Assembly (NCBI GenBank): GCA_965223845.1 | Contig: CBDCXR010000004.1 | Location: 416,001-480,000 of the forward strand | DNA: 64,000 nucleotides | Origin: Planctomycetota bacterium | GTDB taxonomy: Bacteria > Planctomycetota > UBA8108 > SXIK01 | Direction: 5' to 3' | In this document: positions 39,985 through 50,209 of the stretch, in pieces | How positions within the stretch are numbered: the first letter of the stretch is position 1 | Layout of the letters: each line of letters begins with the position of its first letter | Translations under genes and position numbers: made by a program | Notes under the pieces: model-generated | Database searches by the model: none | Seen by the model: only the letters and a program-made list of their open reading frames with translations | What the model was told of the DNA's origin: nothing

Positions 39985-40070
39985 GGCATCGAGATTCTGA
40001 GCGACGGGGCGGTATGCGCGATGGGGATCGTCCGTTTCGTATCGCCATCTTGTGCCGTCGTCTAACCGGT

Positions 40071-40098
40071 GCACGCCGCCGCTCGGAAAGTCGGTTCA
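40071..40098 (-). promoter_or_regulatory. Putative ECF-type autoregulatory promoter
   Basis: Minus strand TGAACC-N16-GCGTGC (AAC/CGT ECF pattern), about 90 nt upstream of the ECF start. Confidence 0.45.
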
Positions 40099-40275
40099 AG
40101 AAACTGGGGATTTCGTCCGTGTCCACTCGGCGCCCGCGACGATCCCCGCGGAAGTCGCCCCGAGGTCGGGTGAGATGTCCGGGAACATCGGGTATGGATG
40201 GTGGACTCGAGAATCGTCCCGAGGAGACGCGCGAAAGCGCGGAAGCGAACGTCGAGCGGTGAAGGGAAGAGACGC

Positions 40276-41376
40276 ATGAACGAACGATGGCGGGCTCCGC
40301 GTAAGCGGTTCGTCGTGGTCGGGTGGGCTACCGTATGGACCCTCGCCGCTTGCTCAGGGGGGGGCGCGCCGCGGCAGCGCGGTGGGGACGCAGCGACCTG
40401 GCGGCGCATCGAGAGCACCCGCGGACACGCGTGGGACGTCGCGTTCGCGCCGGGAGCGCGTCAGTGGGCCGCGGGCGGATCGGAGAAGCTCTTCGTTCGC
40501 AACGATCCCGATCGCGGCGGCTCGGCGCGGGCGTCGAGCGCTGCATCGAGCGCGCGGGCGAACGGTACCATCGAGTGGGCGCTCGAGGACGTCACGGGTG
40601 TCTCGTACAGTCCGGACGGGAGTCTGCTTCTCGCCTCGCGAAAAACGCGCGGTCTCGCGGTGTACGACCTCGATTCGCGCTCGCGCCTCGCGATTCCTCC
40701 GTCACTCGCTGAGCGGGATCGCGCCGGCGCCGTGTTTCTCCCGGGACGGCCCCAAGCGACGCCGCAGATTCTCCTACGCGGCGCGGATTCGACCGCGCTC
40801 GAGATCTGGAGTGTCGCGACTTGGCGCCGCGTACGCGCTTGGACCGCGCACGCGCGCGGAGTCGAAGAATTCGCAGCGAGTCCCGACGGTCGCTCGATCG
40901 TCTCGACGGACGGCTCGACGGCTCCCGTACGCGTTTGGGATTCCGAGACGGGAGTCATCGTCTGCGAGCTCGCGATTCCGGACGGCATCGACGACTCCGT
41001 CGAAGCACTCGCCGCCGGACCGAGCGGGCGCATCGCGGCCGGCGCGGGAGATCGGATCCTGCTTTGGGAACTCGACGGCGCGATGCGGCACGACCCCGTG
41101 CCGCGAGTTCTTCGCCATCACCGCGGCCGCGTGGCTCAGCTCGCGTACAGCGCGGACGGCGCGCTCCTCGCATCGGCGAGCGCGGGCCGTGTCGTCGGTA
41201 GCGATCTCGAAGCGCGCGACGTCAAGCTCTGGTGCGCGAGTTCGGGCGACCTCGTCCGAACGCTTCCCTGGGAAGGCGGAATGGTTTGGGCGGTCGCCTT
41301 CGACCCGGCGCGCGATCGCCTCGCCGTGGGAGGTGAGGGCGGAGTCGACGTCTGGGAATCGGACGAGAGCTCCTAG
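40276..41376 (+). CDS. WD40-repeat lipoprotein
   Basis: Lipobox-like LAACS; repeats YSPDG, AH..GV...AASPDG, VRVWD, YSADG, VKLW. Confidence 0.75.
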   Translation: MNERWRAPRKRFVVVGWATVWTLAACSGGGAPRQRGGDAATWRRIESTRGHAWDVAFAPGARQWAAGGSEKLFVRNDPDRGGSARASSAASSARANGTIEWALEDVTGVSYSPDGSLLLASRKTRGLAVYDLDSRSRLAIPPSLAERDRAGAVFLPGRPQATPQILLRGADSTALEIWSVATWRRVRAWTAHARGVEEFAASPDGRSIVSTDGSTAPVRVWDSETGVIVCELAIPDGIDDSVEALAAGPSGRIAAGAGDRILLWELDGAMRHDPVPRVLRHHRGRVAQLAYSADGALLASASAGRVVGSDLEARDVKLWCASSGDLVRTLPWEGGMVWAVAFDPARDRLAVGGEGGVDVWESDESS

Positions 41377-41407
41377 ATCCTCGCCCGCAGAGTCGACTCG
41401 CACTCGG

Positions 41408-41436
41408 TTGCCCCTCCTCGGGGCCGGCGTTAGAAT
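41408..41436 (+). promoter_or_regulatory. sigma70 promoter of ffs(-dnaX)
   Basis: TTGCCC-N17-TAGAAT. Confidence 0.65.
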
Positions 41437-41488
41437 GCCGCTCGATCCTGCGACAATGAAGGGCGGCGTACTGCGCCGCCGACGGAAT

Positions 41489-41572
41489 GGAGCAGAGCAA
41501 TAGGGTTGCCGGGCACCGGGTCAGGTCTTAACGGAAGCAGCCCACTCGGATCTTCTCTATGTGGTCTGCTCC
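41489..41572 (+). ncRNA. ffs: Small bacterial SRP RNA (4.5S), UAAC loop variant
   Basis: Helix 8 GTCAGG-TCT-TAAC-GGA-AGCAGC; closing stem GGAGCAGA/TCTGCTCC followed by T7; located upstream of dnaX. Confidence 0.92.
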
Positions 41573-41651
41573 TTTTTTTCTCTGCGCCTCCGCAGTGAAC
41601 TCCGATCGAACGTCACGCGATGCCACCGGAAGCGGGACGCGGAGGTGAGCG

Positions 41652-43637
41652 ATGAGCTTTCAAGTCCTCGCCCGGCGCTATCGACCGCGCCGTTTCGACG
41701 AGGTCGTCGGCCAGGAGTCGATCGCCGAGACCCTCCGCGCGGGCATTCTTCAGGATCGCGTCGCGCACGCGTATCTCTTCACCGGTCCACGCGGCGTCGG
41801 GAAGACGTCGATGGCGCGGATTTTCGCCAAGGCGCTCAATTGCCGGACGGCGGCCGAGGCCGAAGGCGACGCGCGCGGTGTGCCGTGCGACGAGTGCGAG
41901 ATCTGCGAGGGAATCCACATCGGGCAGGACATCGACGTCGTCGAAATGGACGGCGCCTCGCACCGCGGTATCGAGGATGTCCGGGCGATCATCGAGAGTG
42001 TCGGGCGGCCCGCCACGCGAAGCCCGTACAAGATCTTCATCATCGACGAAGTCCACATGCTCACGCGCGAGGCCTTCAACGCGCTCCTCAAGACGCTCGA
42101 AGAGCCGCCGGCGCACGTCAAGTTCATCTTCGCGACGACCGAAGCGCACCGGATTCCCGATACGGTGCTTTCGCGCTGCCAGCGATTCGATTTCCATCCG
42201 ATCACGGACGAGGCGATCGTCCGCCGGCTCGCGCAGATCGCGGCGGCCGAGAAGCGCGAGTGCGAGGACGGAGTGCTCGAGAAGATCGCCGCCTGCAGCC
42301 GCGGCGGTTTGCGCGACGCGCAGACGCTACTCGATCAACTGCTCACGTTCTCTGAAGAGATTCTGCGCGCGGAGGACCTCGAGCGAGTGACGGGACGCGT
42401 TTCCGACGGTCTCGTCGGTTCGCTCGCCGAAGCGGTGATCGAGGGGGATCACGCGGGTGTGCTCGGCGTGCTCGGCGAATGTCAGTCGGCGGGGGCCGAT
42501 CCGGCCGTCCTTCTCGATCAAGTGATCGAGGGGTTTCGCGAGCGGCTCCACGCGGCGGGCGGCGAATCGGGAGCGGAGGCGCGCATCGATCGCTTGCTCG
42601 GTGTCCTTCAGATCTGTCTCGAGACGGCGCGGCAGCTCCGGTACTCGGCGCATCCGACGATTGCGGTCGAGGTGGTCCTGCTCAAGGCGGCCCGACTCGA
42701 GGACCCGCTGGCGCTCGACCAAGTGATCGCCAAGCTCGCTGAGCTCGAAGCATCGGGGATCGCCGACGCCCCGGCGCCGCGCGCCGGGCGCGCGCGCGCG
42801 GAGCCGACCGGAGACGCATTCACCGCGCCGCGAGCCAGACGAGACGTGGAGAGCGGCGGTCGCCGCCCGAGCGAGCCACCCTCCGACTCCCCGAGCGCGC
42901 GAGACTCCGCGCGGCCGGACGTCACGGAAAGCGGCACGGCGATGGAGGCGCGCGCCGGCATCGCGGTGACGCTCGAGGAGCCAGCCGGAGACGCAGTCCC
43001 GCCGGCGCGAACCGTCGCAGAATCACTCACCGCCGTCGTCGGCACCGAAGCGCCCGATGCCGCCCCGGCGGCGGCGCGCGAGTCGAGCGTCCCCGACGCC
43101 GCTCCGAGCGGTCGGAGCCGTGCCGCGAAGTTCGACTTCGAACGATTGAGCGGACTGTGGAACCAGATCACGATCGAGCTCGAGGAACATCACCCGAGCA
43201 TCGCCCCGCTCATCGCCGGCGCCGCACTTCGACCCGGGCGGCGAAGCGATCTCGTTCGCCTCGAGTTCGCCGAAGATTTTTTTCTTCAGCGGATGCAGTC
43301 ACCCGGAAACAAGAACGCGCTCGAGCGTCTCGTCGCCGACGTAACGGGGGACGCGTGGGCACTGGAGCTCGTGCGTGGAAGCGGTGAATCCGCCTCACCG
43401 CGCGCGGAGGCCGCGGTGAAGAGAGAACGACGCACCGCCGAACCGAGCGACGACAGAGATGCCGCGGCGCGCGGAGGCAACGATGCCGCGAGCGCAGCCG
43501 CCGAGTCGGACGCCGCGGCGACCCGTGATCCCGATACGAGCGAGCGAATCCCCTCCGGAGAGGAACCCGCCGGTCGCCTCGCCGAGCGGCCTCTCGTCGG
43601 CAAGGCGAAGAAGCTCTTCAAGGGGAGGATCGTTTGA
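41652..43637 (+). CDS. dnaX: DNA polymerase III subunit gamma/tau
   Basis: LARRYRP, GPRGVGKT, C..CEIC zinc site, IIDEVHML, LLKTLEEPP, SRCQ. Confidence 0.97.
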   Translation: MSFQVLARRYRPRRFDEVVGQESIAETLRAGILQDRVAHAYLFTGPRGVGKTSMARIFAKALNCRTAAEAEGDARGVPCDECEICEGIHIGQDIDVVEMDGASHRGIEDVRAIIESVGRPATRSPYKIFIIDEVHMLTREAFNALLKTLEEPPAHVKFIFATTEAHRIPDTVLSRCQRFDFHPITDEAIVRRLAQIAAAEKRECEDGVLEKIAACSRGGLRDAQTLLDQLLTFSEEILRAEDLERVTGRVSDGLVGSLAEAVIEGDHAGVLGVLGECQSAGADPAVLLDQVIEGFRERLHAAGGESGAEARIDRLLGVLQICLETARQLRYSAHPTIAVEVVLLKAARLEDPLALDQVIAKLAELEASGIADAPAPRAGRARAEPTGDAFTAPRARRDVESGGRRPSEPPSDSPSARDSARPDVTESGTAMEARAGIAVTLEEPAGDAVPPARTVAESLTAVVGTEAPDAAPAAARESSVPDAAPSGRSRAAKFDFERLSGLWNQITIELEEHHPSIAPLIAGAALRPGRRSDLVRLEFAEDFFLQRMQSPGNKNALERLVADVTGDAWALELVRGSGESASPRAEAAVKRERRTAEPSDDRDAAARGGNDAASAAAESDAAATRDPDTSERIPSGEEPAGRLAERPLVGKAKKLFKGRIV

Positions 43638-43755
43638 TCCTTTCGCGAACGGCCGCGGCGATGGACGATGGTCTCGCTTCGATCGGGCGATCCTCGCGCC
43701 TTCGGCCGAGAATTGCGCACCGCCACCAGACTCTCGACACAAAGGAATAGACTTC

Positions 43756-44091
43756 ATGAGCGCAGACATGAGTGATCTCCTCCGTCAGGCCGGGCGCCTG
43801 CGGAAGGACATGGAGGGGGTGAAGGACGAGCTGCGCGAGCGGTACGTCGAATCGGACGCCGGCGGCGGGATGGTCGAGGTCGTCTTCAACGGGCAGCAAG
43901 AGCTCGTCAAAGTCTCGATCGACCCGAAGGCGGTCGCGCCGAGCGGCGACGGCAAGGTCGATGTCGACCTGCTCGAGGATCTCGTTCTCGCGGCCGTGTC
44001 GAGCGGGCTCGAGAAGTCGAAGGAGTTGATGCGGACGGAGATGGACAAAGCGACCGGCGGGCTGAGTAAGACGCTGCCGGGGCTCTTTTAG
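43756..44091 (+). CDS. ybaB: YbaB/EbfC nucleoid-associated protein
   Basis: AGGGMVEV..NG, IDPK, LEDLVLAAV; sits between dnaX and recR. Confidence 0.93.
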   Translation: MSADMSDLLRQAGRLRKDMEGVKDELRERYVESDAGGGMVEVVFNGQQELVKVSIDPKAVAPSGDGKVDVDLLEDLVLAAVSSGLEKSKELMRTEMDKATGGLSKTLPGLF

Positions 44092-44144
44092 CGGGTAAAG
44101 AAAGTACTCGGGAACGGGAATTCGAGAACGGAAACGCGCCGAGG

Positions 44145-44762
44145 ATGGACGTCTACACGAAAACCGTTCAACGCCTCGTCGCCGAGTTCGAGCGGCTTCC
44201 GGGGATCGGCCGAAGAACGGCCGAGCGGCTCGCTTATTTCGTCCTTCGCGACTCGGAAGAGGATGCCATGCGCCTTGCGCGCGCGATTCGCGACGTCAAG
44301 CAGAACGTGCGCCACTGTTCGGAGTGTTTTCATCTCTCCGAGGGTGATCGCTGCGAGATTTGTTCGGACGAGTCTCGCGACCGCACGGTGATCTGCGTCG
44401 TCGAAGAGCCGAAGGATCTCTTTGCGATCGAGGCGTCGGGATCGTATCGCGGTGTGTATCACGTGCTCCTCGGATCCTATGCACCGCTCGACGGAACGAG
44501 CGAAGCCGAACTAACTGTAGATGCTCTCGTCGCGCGTCTCCGCAAGGGCGATGTGCGCGAAGTGATCCTCGCGACAAATCCGAATTTCGAGGGAGAAGGG
44601 ACCGCCGCGTACTTGCGGGAGCGCCTCGCGGATCTTAGAAACTTGAAGATCACCCGGATCGCGCGCGGAGTGCCGAGCGGCATGCGCCTCGAGCATGTGT
44701 CGAAGACGATCGTCGCCGACGCGCTCGAAGGTCGCCGCGAGATGCCGCCGGCGCCGGAGTGA
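44145..44762 (+). CDS. recR: Recombination mediator RecR
   Basis: LPGIGRRTAERLA, CxxC..CxxC, ICVVE, YHVL, EVILATNP..EGEGTA, RIARGVP. Confidence 0.97.
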   Translation: MDVYTKTVQRLVAEFERLPGIGRRTAERLAYFVLRDSEEDAMRLARAIRDVKQNVRHCSECFHLSEGDRCEICSDESRDRTVICVVEEPKDLFAIEASGSYRGVYHVLLGSYAPLDGTSEAELTVDALVARLRKGDVREVILATNPNFEGEGTAAYLRERLADLRNLKITRIARGVPSGMRLEHVSKTIVADALEGRREMPPAPE

Positions 44763-44948
44763 TCGAGTGCGCTCGGTCGCGCGGTTTTAGCACGGCAGAA
44801 TCTACCGGCACGGCGGTGAGAGTGCGGGAGAGGACGCCGGAGACGATGACGGGTCGGTGACCGGCACGTGTGAAACTGAGGTCGAAACCAAAGCGGTATC
44901 GCTGGTGATTCGCGCGGTCGCAGGCCTATCGATGGGAGACGGACGATC

Positions 44949-47336
44949 GTGACGCCGGAGTTTCGCAGTCGGCGCTGGATGGGGTGCAGCGTCTCCCGCG
45001 CGGAGGTCAGTCAAGCGCGGACTAGTGTCGGGATCGCGGTCGCCATCGCAATCGCCGTCACTCTTTCCGTCGCGGTTCCGTCCGTCAGCTTCGGACAAGC
45101 CGATGGTCCATCCGCGGGCGCCGGCACGCCGGCGGTCGATCGAGAAACGATCGAGGACTCCGCCGACGCGGAGGACACGGAAGCGACGGACGGCGAGCCG
45201 GGAACGGTCGAGTCCGACCAGGCGCGCGTCGAGATCGTCGATCTCTGGTTTCCCCGGCGGGTCGCGGAGTCCGGTCTTCGTCCGTACGGCGCCTGGATTC
45301 CGGTGTACGTCGAACTGAAGAGTCGCTCCGGACTCGAGGAGGAGGCGGTCGTCGAACTCCTCACCGAATCCCAGTTCGGCGAGGATGAGCGGAGCAAGGA
45401 CCGTTACAGCGTCCGGCGCACGGTGACCGTCCCCCCCGGTACGGCTCGGCGCGTATGGCTGAACGCTCGCTGCGCACCGAAAGAGCGACAACGCGTTCAG
45501 CTCACGATCTCGACGAACGGGGCCCGGCCGGAAGATGAGCGCGTCGTCGCATTCGATCGCACTCTCGGTTTCGCCGACAGCCACGATCCGAGCCTCGAGG
45601 GCAGTGAGTCGACCGTCGCGATTCTTTTCGTCGGCGGCGGAGGTGATCGACTCCTCCCGGACGCCGCGTGGTTTCGCCGGAGTCAGTTTTCGTCGGAGTC
45701 GATGCTCGTCGCGGATTCGTGTCCGCCCGATCGATTGCCCACGACCCCGACGGGTTACCACCCGTTCGATCTCGTCGTTCTCCGCAATCTTCGCGATACG
45801 CGACTCGAGCCGGTGCAGGTCGAAGCGCTCCGGCGTTGGGTGCATCTCGGCGGCACGGTCGTCCTCGCGCCTACCGAGACCGGGGCGGAGATCCTGCGCG
45901 GTGAGCTCGCACAAGCACTCCTCGGGGAAAACTTCAGCGATCCGGGCTCCGTGGTCGAGCGCACTCCCGGTCCAGTGGTCGGCATCGATCGCCGACGCAC
46001 GCGCACCGCGATCGGATTGGCCGACGGAATCAAGTTTGTCGTCGGTGTCGAGGAATACGATCGGCCGGCGGGACCGTGGCCGAAGCTCGTTCACGCCGAC
46101 CCCATCGGCGGCGAGGTCGTGCGCGAGTTGATCGCGTTCCCGCGGAGAATCGCGGAGGATCTCGAATTCGACCCCGAGAAAGTCGACTCCGTGCGCGCGG
46201 ACGACCCCGAAGCGGCCGTTCGACTCTACTCCGAGGTTCGGCGCGGAGCGGGAGTGGTCGGCGCGCTCTGTTTCGACGGATCCACCTTCGCGACACCCGA
46301 GCGAACGCCGTGGATGCGAAGCGTGTGGGAGTGGATCCTCCGGGGCGACGGCTCAGCGGTCGGACGCGTTTTTCCGTTCCAGCGAAACGCCGCGGCCGTC
46401 GTGCAGGGCGGGCTCGTTCGTCGGCTACAGGATTCGTCGCGGGACGTGGGGTTTCCGTACATCGTTCTCCTCGTCGTCGTCTATCTCGTCCTCGTCGGTC
46501 CGGGACTCTATTTCCTTTTGAAGCGCATGGGGCGACTGCCGTGGCTGATCTGGGTCGAGCCCCTCGTCGTCTTCGTATACCTCGGTCTCATGATCGTCGG
46601 CGGCTACGTCTCGAAGGGTGTGATCACAAAGGCGCGGCAGTGGACGCTAATCTCTCACCGCATCGGCGATGAGTACGCGGTCCGGCAGAGTTACCTCGCG
46701 GTGTTCGCCGGGGCGGAGTCGCAGTACGACATCGGGATCGTGGGATCGTCGACCGTGAAGCCGATCTACGGCAACGACGAAGCCGTCCCACCGATCATCG
46801 AGATGACCTCCGACGAGACTGGACGTCAGGACGTGAGCAACGTCGAGCTCGATCAATGGGCGGAGGCGTTCGTCGTCGATTTCGACGTTCTGGCGTCGAG
46901 CCCGGAGGGCGTCGTCGTCGAGGTCGCGGCCGCGGATGGCGGGACGTCCGGCGGGGGCGCTGACACTCGCGCTCGCGACGCCGACGCGCTCCCAGAGAAT
47001 GCGCTCCCGACTCTCCGAGCGACCGTCACGAATCATCTCGACTACGCCGTGAAGACGGGCATTTTCGAGGACTCGGTGCGAGGTCAGTTCTTCCTGCCGG
47101 CCGTCGGTCCGGGCGAGTCACTCGAAGCGGAGCTCGAGCCTCTCACCGAGGAGACGGCAGATCGAGTTCCTCCGGAGTGGCGCAGCTTCGCGGCGGAGGC
47201 GGGGCAGAGCGGTTACGGATACGGTGCCGGTGCGCGCATCATCGCGGTGATCGACCGCACGGATGCAGACTTCGCGCCGGAGTGGAACGGCAATCTGCGC
47301 GAGCGCGTCGAGCTTTACGCGCAGTTTCGGCGATGA
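44949..47336 (+). CDS. Large exported/membrane protein with glutamine-amidotransferase-like central region, ABC transporter accessory
   Basis: Signal-like N-terminus; LPTTPTGYHPFDLVVL...Q..AL..WV..GG; TM pair YLVLVGPGLYFLLKR...WLIW..P; start uncertain. Confidence 0.7.
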   Translation: MTPEFRSRRWMGCSVSRAEVSQARTSVGIAVAIAIAVTLSVAVPSVSFGQADGPSAGAGTPAVDRETIEDSADAEDTEATDGEPGTVESDQARVEIVDLWFPRRVAESGLRPYGAWIPVYVELKSRSGLEEEAVVELLTESQFGEDERSKDRYSVRRTVTVPPGTARRVWLNARCAPKERQRVQLTISTNGARPEDERVVAFDRTLGFADSHDPSLEGSESTVAILFVGGGGDRLLPDAAWFRRSQFSSESMLVADSCPPDRLPTTPTGYHPFDLVVLRNLRDTRLEPVQVEALRRWVHLGGTVVLAPTETGAEILRGELAQALLGENFSDPGSVVERTPGPVVGIDRRRTRTAIGLADGIKFVVGVEEYDRPAGPWPKLVHADPIGGEVVRELIAFPRRIAEDLEFDPEKVDSVRADDPEAAVRLYSEVRRGAGVVGALCFDGSTFATPERTPWMRSVWEWILRGDGSAVGRVFPFQRNAAAVVQGGLVRRLQDSSRDVGFPYIVLLVVVYLVLVGPGLYFLLKRMGRLPWLIWVEPLVVFVYLGLMIVGGYVSKGVITKARQWTLISHRIGDEYAVRQSYLAVFAGAESQYDIGIVGSSTVKPIYGNDEAVPPIIEMTSDETGRQDVSNVELDQWAEAFVVDFDVLASSPEGVVVEVAAADGGTSGGGADTRARDADALPENALPTLRATVTNHLDYAVKTGIFEDSVRGQFFLPAVGPGESLEAELEPLTEETADRVPPEWRSFAAEAGQSGYGYGAGARIIAVIDRTDADFAPEWNGNLRERVELYAQFRR

Positions 47337-47385
47337 GGGTCAACGTCGATATGCGCGGCGAGAGAGCGAACGGAGCGGCTGGGTC

Positions 47386-48459
47386 GTGAGCGAACCGGAA
47401 GCGAACGAAACGGCGGGCGAAGAGCCGCTCGCCGCCGAAGGCTCGGCGGAGAATGTCCAAGCCGCGACGTCGGTCGAGGCGAGCGTCAGCGTCGCCGCCG
47501 CGCAAGTGGAATCGACATCCGTGCCGCGACCGATCGTGAGCGTGCGCGGGCTGAAGAAGCACTACGGCGAAACCTACGCGGTGCGAGATCTCTCGTTTGA
47601 CGTCATGCCCGGGCACATCTTCGGCTTCATCGGGCCGAACGGCGCGGGAAAGACGACCACGCTTCGCGTTCTTGCGACGCTGCTCGAGCCGACGGCGGGA
47701 TCGATTACCGTCGACGGCTACTGCGTCGAGGCGGACACGGAGATCGTGCGGCAACTCATCGGCTACATGCCGGATCATTTCGGCGTCTACGACGGAAACA
47801 CCGTCGAAGAGTACCTCGAATTCTTCGCCGGCGCGTACGGTGTTCCGCGAGCGCGGAGGCTCGGCACGATTCGCGACGTGATGGCGCTCACCGATCTCAT
47901 CGCGCTCGGCGACCGAATGGTCGGGTCGCTTTCGAAGGGCATGAAACAACGGCTCTGCCTGGCGAAGACGCTGATTCACGATCCCAAAGTGCTCATCCTC
48001 GACGAGCCGGCGTCCGCACTTGATCCGCGAGCGCGCATCGAGTTTCGCGCGCTCCTCAAGGAGCTGCGGACGATGGGAAAGACGATCATCATTTCGAGTC
48101 ACATCCTGACCGAGCTCTCCGATGTGTGCGACGCCGTCGCGATCATCGAGAAGGGCGAGCTCGTCGACAGCGGCGCGATCGCGCACCTTCAGAAGAAGGG
48201 ACAGCGCGGCGACCGGGTGCGGATGCAGCTCCTTGCGGACGCGAACGGAGTCGAGGAGATCCTCGGCGGCGAAGCGGATGTCTCGTCGGTTCGGGCGGTC
48301 GGAAAGGACGTCTCCTTCGAATACCTGGGTGCACCCGAGGAGTTCCATCGGCTCGTCGAGCGCATAGCGTCGCGCGGCGTGCCTTTCCTCTCGATCGAGT
48401 ACAACCCGACCGATCTCGAGGATCTCTTCCTCGAGCTCACGCGAGGAGACGTGCAATGA
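47386..48459 (+). CDS. ABC transporter ATP-binding protein
   Basis: GPNGAGKTT, LSKGMKQR, ILDEP, SSHIL. Confidence 0.93.
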   Translation: MSEPEANETAGEEPLAAEGSAENVQAATSVEASVSVAAAQVESTSVPRPIVSVRGLKKHYGETYAVRDLSFDVMPGHIFGFIGPNGAGKTTTLRVLATLLEPTAGSITVDGYCVEADTEIVRQLIGYMPDHFGVYDGNTVEEYLEFFAGAYGVPRARRLGTIRDVMALTDLIALGDRMVGSLSKGMKQRLCLAKTLIHDPKVLILDEPASALDPRARIEFRALLKELRTMGKTIIISSHILTELSDVCDAVAIIEKGELVDSGAIAHLQKKGQRGDRVRMQLLADANGVEEILGGEADVSSVRAVGKDVSFEYLGAPEEFHRLVERIASRGVPFLSIEYNPTDLEDLFLELTRGDVQ

Positions 48460-50068
48460 GCGATGGAGACGCGACCGCCGCCCCGGCTCCGGCGCGGAGC
48501 TGGCTGCGGACGAAGATCGACCTTCTCCAGGCGCTCGGCTGGCCGATCCTCCTCCGCGAGCTGCGAGCCGACTTCCGGCGGAATCGATTTCTGCTGACGC
48601 ATTCGCTTTGCCTCTGCCTTCTCGGCACGGTGGTCCTCGTTCTCGTCGCGGCGCAAGTCGAGAACATCGAGAACACGCCGGTTCAGATCGGACGACGACT
48701 CTTCGGGCTCTTCTTCGATCTTCAGTACCTGGTCGTGCTTCTCGTGTTTCCCGCGTTCAGTGCGACGACGTTCGCCGAAGAGCGCAATCGCTTCACTCTC
48801 GATCTCCTTCTGACGACGACGCTGAAGCCGCGTCAGATCGTCTGGGGGAAGTTCCTCGCCTCGTCGGTCTATTGCCTCCTCTACGTCATCGCGAGCATTC
48901 CACTCATGGCGGTGTCGTTTCTTTTCGGCGGGATCACTCTCGTCGAAGTCACGGCGGCCTACCTCCTGCTCATCGCCCTCACCCTTCTCGTCTCTATGCT
49001 CGGAGTGTGCATCTCGAGTTGCTATTCGACCGGACTCCGCTCGACGCTCACGATGTACGCCGCAGTCTTCGCGATCGTCATCGCGTCGATCTACTACTAC
49101 CGTGAAACAGGGACGGAGTTCCTCGGCGATCAACCGATCATCCGTCACGTGCTCGATGCGACACTCGGCTGGGGAAGTCCGGGCTTCGTCGGTGCGCTGT
49201 TCGCCGTGGTCGGAATCCTCGGCGCCGCATTCGGGTATCTCTTCATCGTGACGACCAACCGAATCCGCCCGCCGGCGGACAACAAGGCGACCGCGCTCCG
49301 CGTACTGACGCTATTCGCGGTCGTCGGCGTCTTGTGGACGCTCGCGTGGTCGCGCTGGCAGTCAGCGGGCGCCGACCCGTGGTCCGTCGTTCTCTGGACG
49401 GCGTTCACGCTCGGCTTCGTCGCGTGGATCTTTCCGACCGAGGACGCGCAGGTCTCGCGCCGGAATCGTCGGGCGTTCGGGCGCGTCGCGAAGATTTGGT
49501 ATCCCCTTCGAGTCTTCGCCCCGGAGCGTTCTGGGGCTTCGTGTACGCCGTCGTAACGTCGACGGCGGTCTCCGCGGGGCTTCTCGCGCTTTGGGGCGCA
49601 ATCGGCGACGTCCAGCTCGATGGCGGCGTGTCGCTCGTCGAAGGGATGCTCGGGTTCTTCCCGTTTTACTTCGCCGCGATCGCCGCGGGCGGGTTTCTGC
49701 TCGCAGTCGCTGATTTCAGCCCGCTCTACGCCCGTCTCACCGTGCTCTTCGCGCTCGTGATCACGGTCCTCCTTCCGGTGATCTTCGCGCTCACCGAGGA
49801 GCCCGACGCGGTGTGGACGCTCTATTATCTGTCGCCCGTAACTCTGTGGTGGTCACTCGATCCCGATCCACACATCGACACGGAAATCACCTACGAGCTC
49901 TACGGCGTGCCGGTCATTCAGATCGCGCGACTCGTCTACGGTGGGCTGGCGGTCGCATTCTTGCTCGTCGGTGTCATCGTCGCTCGACGGAGCGGATATC
50001 CGCTTCTCAGCTTCGCCGAGCGCCCGGCACCTACGAAACCGGTCGCAGAACCAGTCGCGGCCGATTGA
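48456..50068 (+). pseudogene. ABC-2 type permease, split by a 1-nt frameshift near 49520 (real lesion or sequencing error)
   Basis: ATGA overlap with the ATPase; EERNRFTLDLLLTT..P.QIVWGK; frame 1 reads ...RVFAP and the TM-rich sequence continues in another frame as PGAFWGFVY...; total length 1613 nt = 3n+2. Confidence 0.75.
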
Positions 50069-50209
50069 CGAGTCCGTTCGCGAGTGCCGTCGCGCTGGAA
50101 TCGAGTTCGTCCCTCGCGCGTAGCACCGGCGGGGAGCGAGAGCTGCTGGACAGCTCGCGACATGGAACGTACCGCCGGTCGCCGACCCGTTCGCGTCAAT
50201 TAGGCCGGA

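Noticed and set aside
43270-43290. T7 run in dnaX as a slippage site for gamma production
   Set aside because: Short run located late in the gene; no A-AAA-AAG site with stimulatory hairpin seen.
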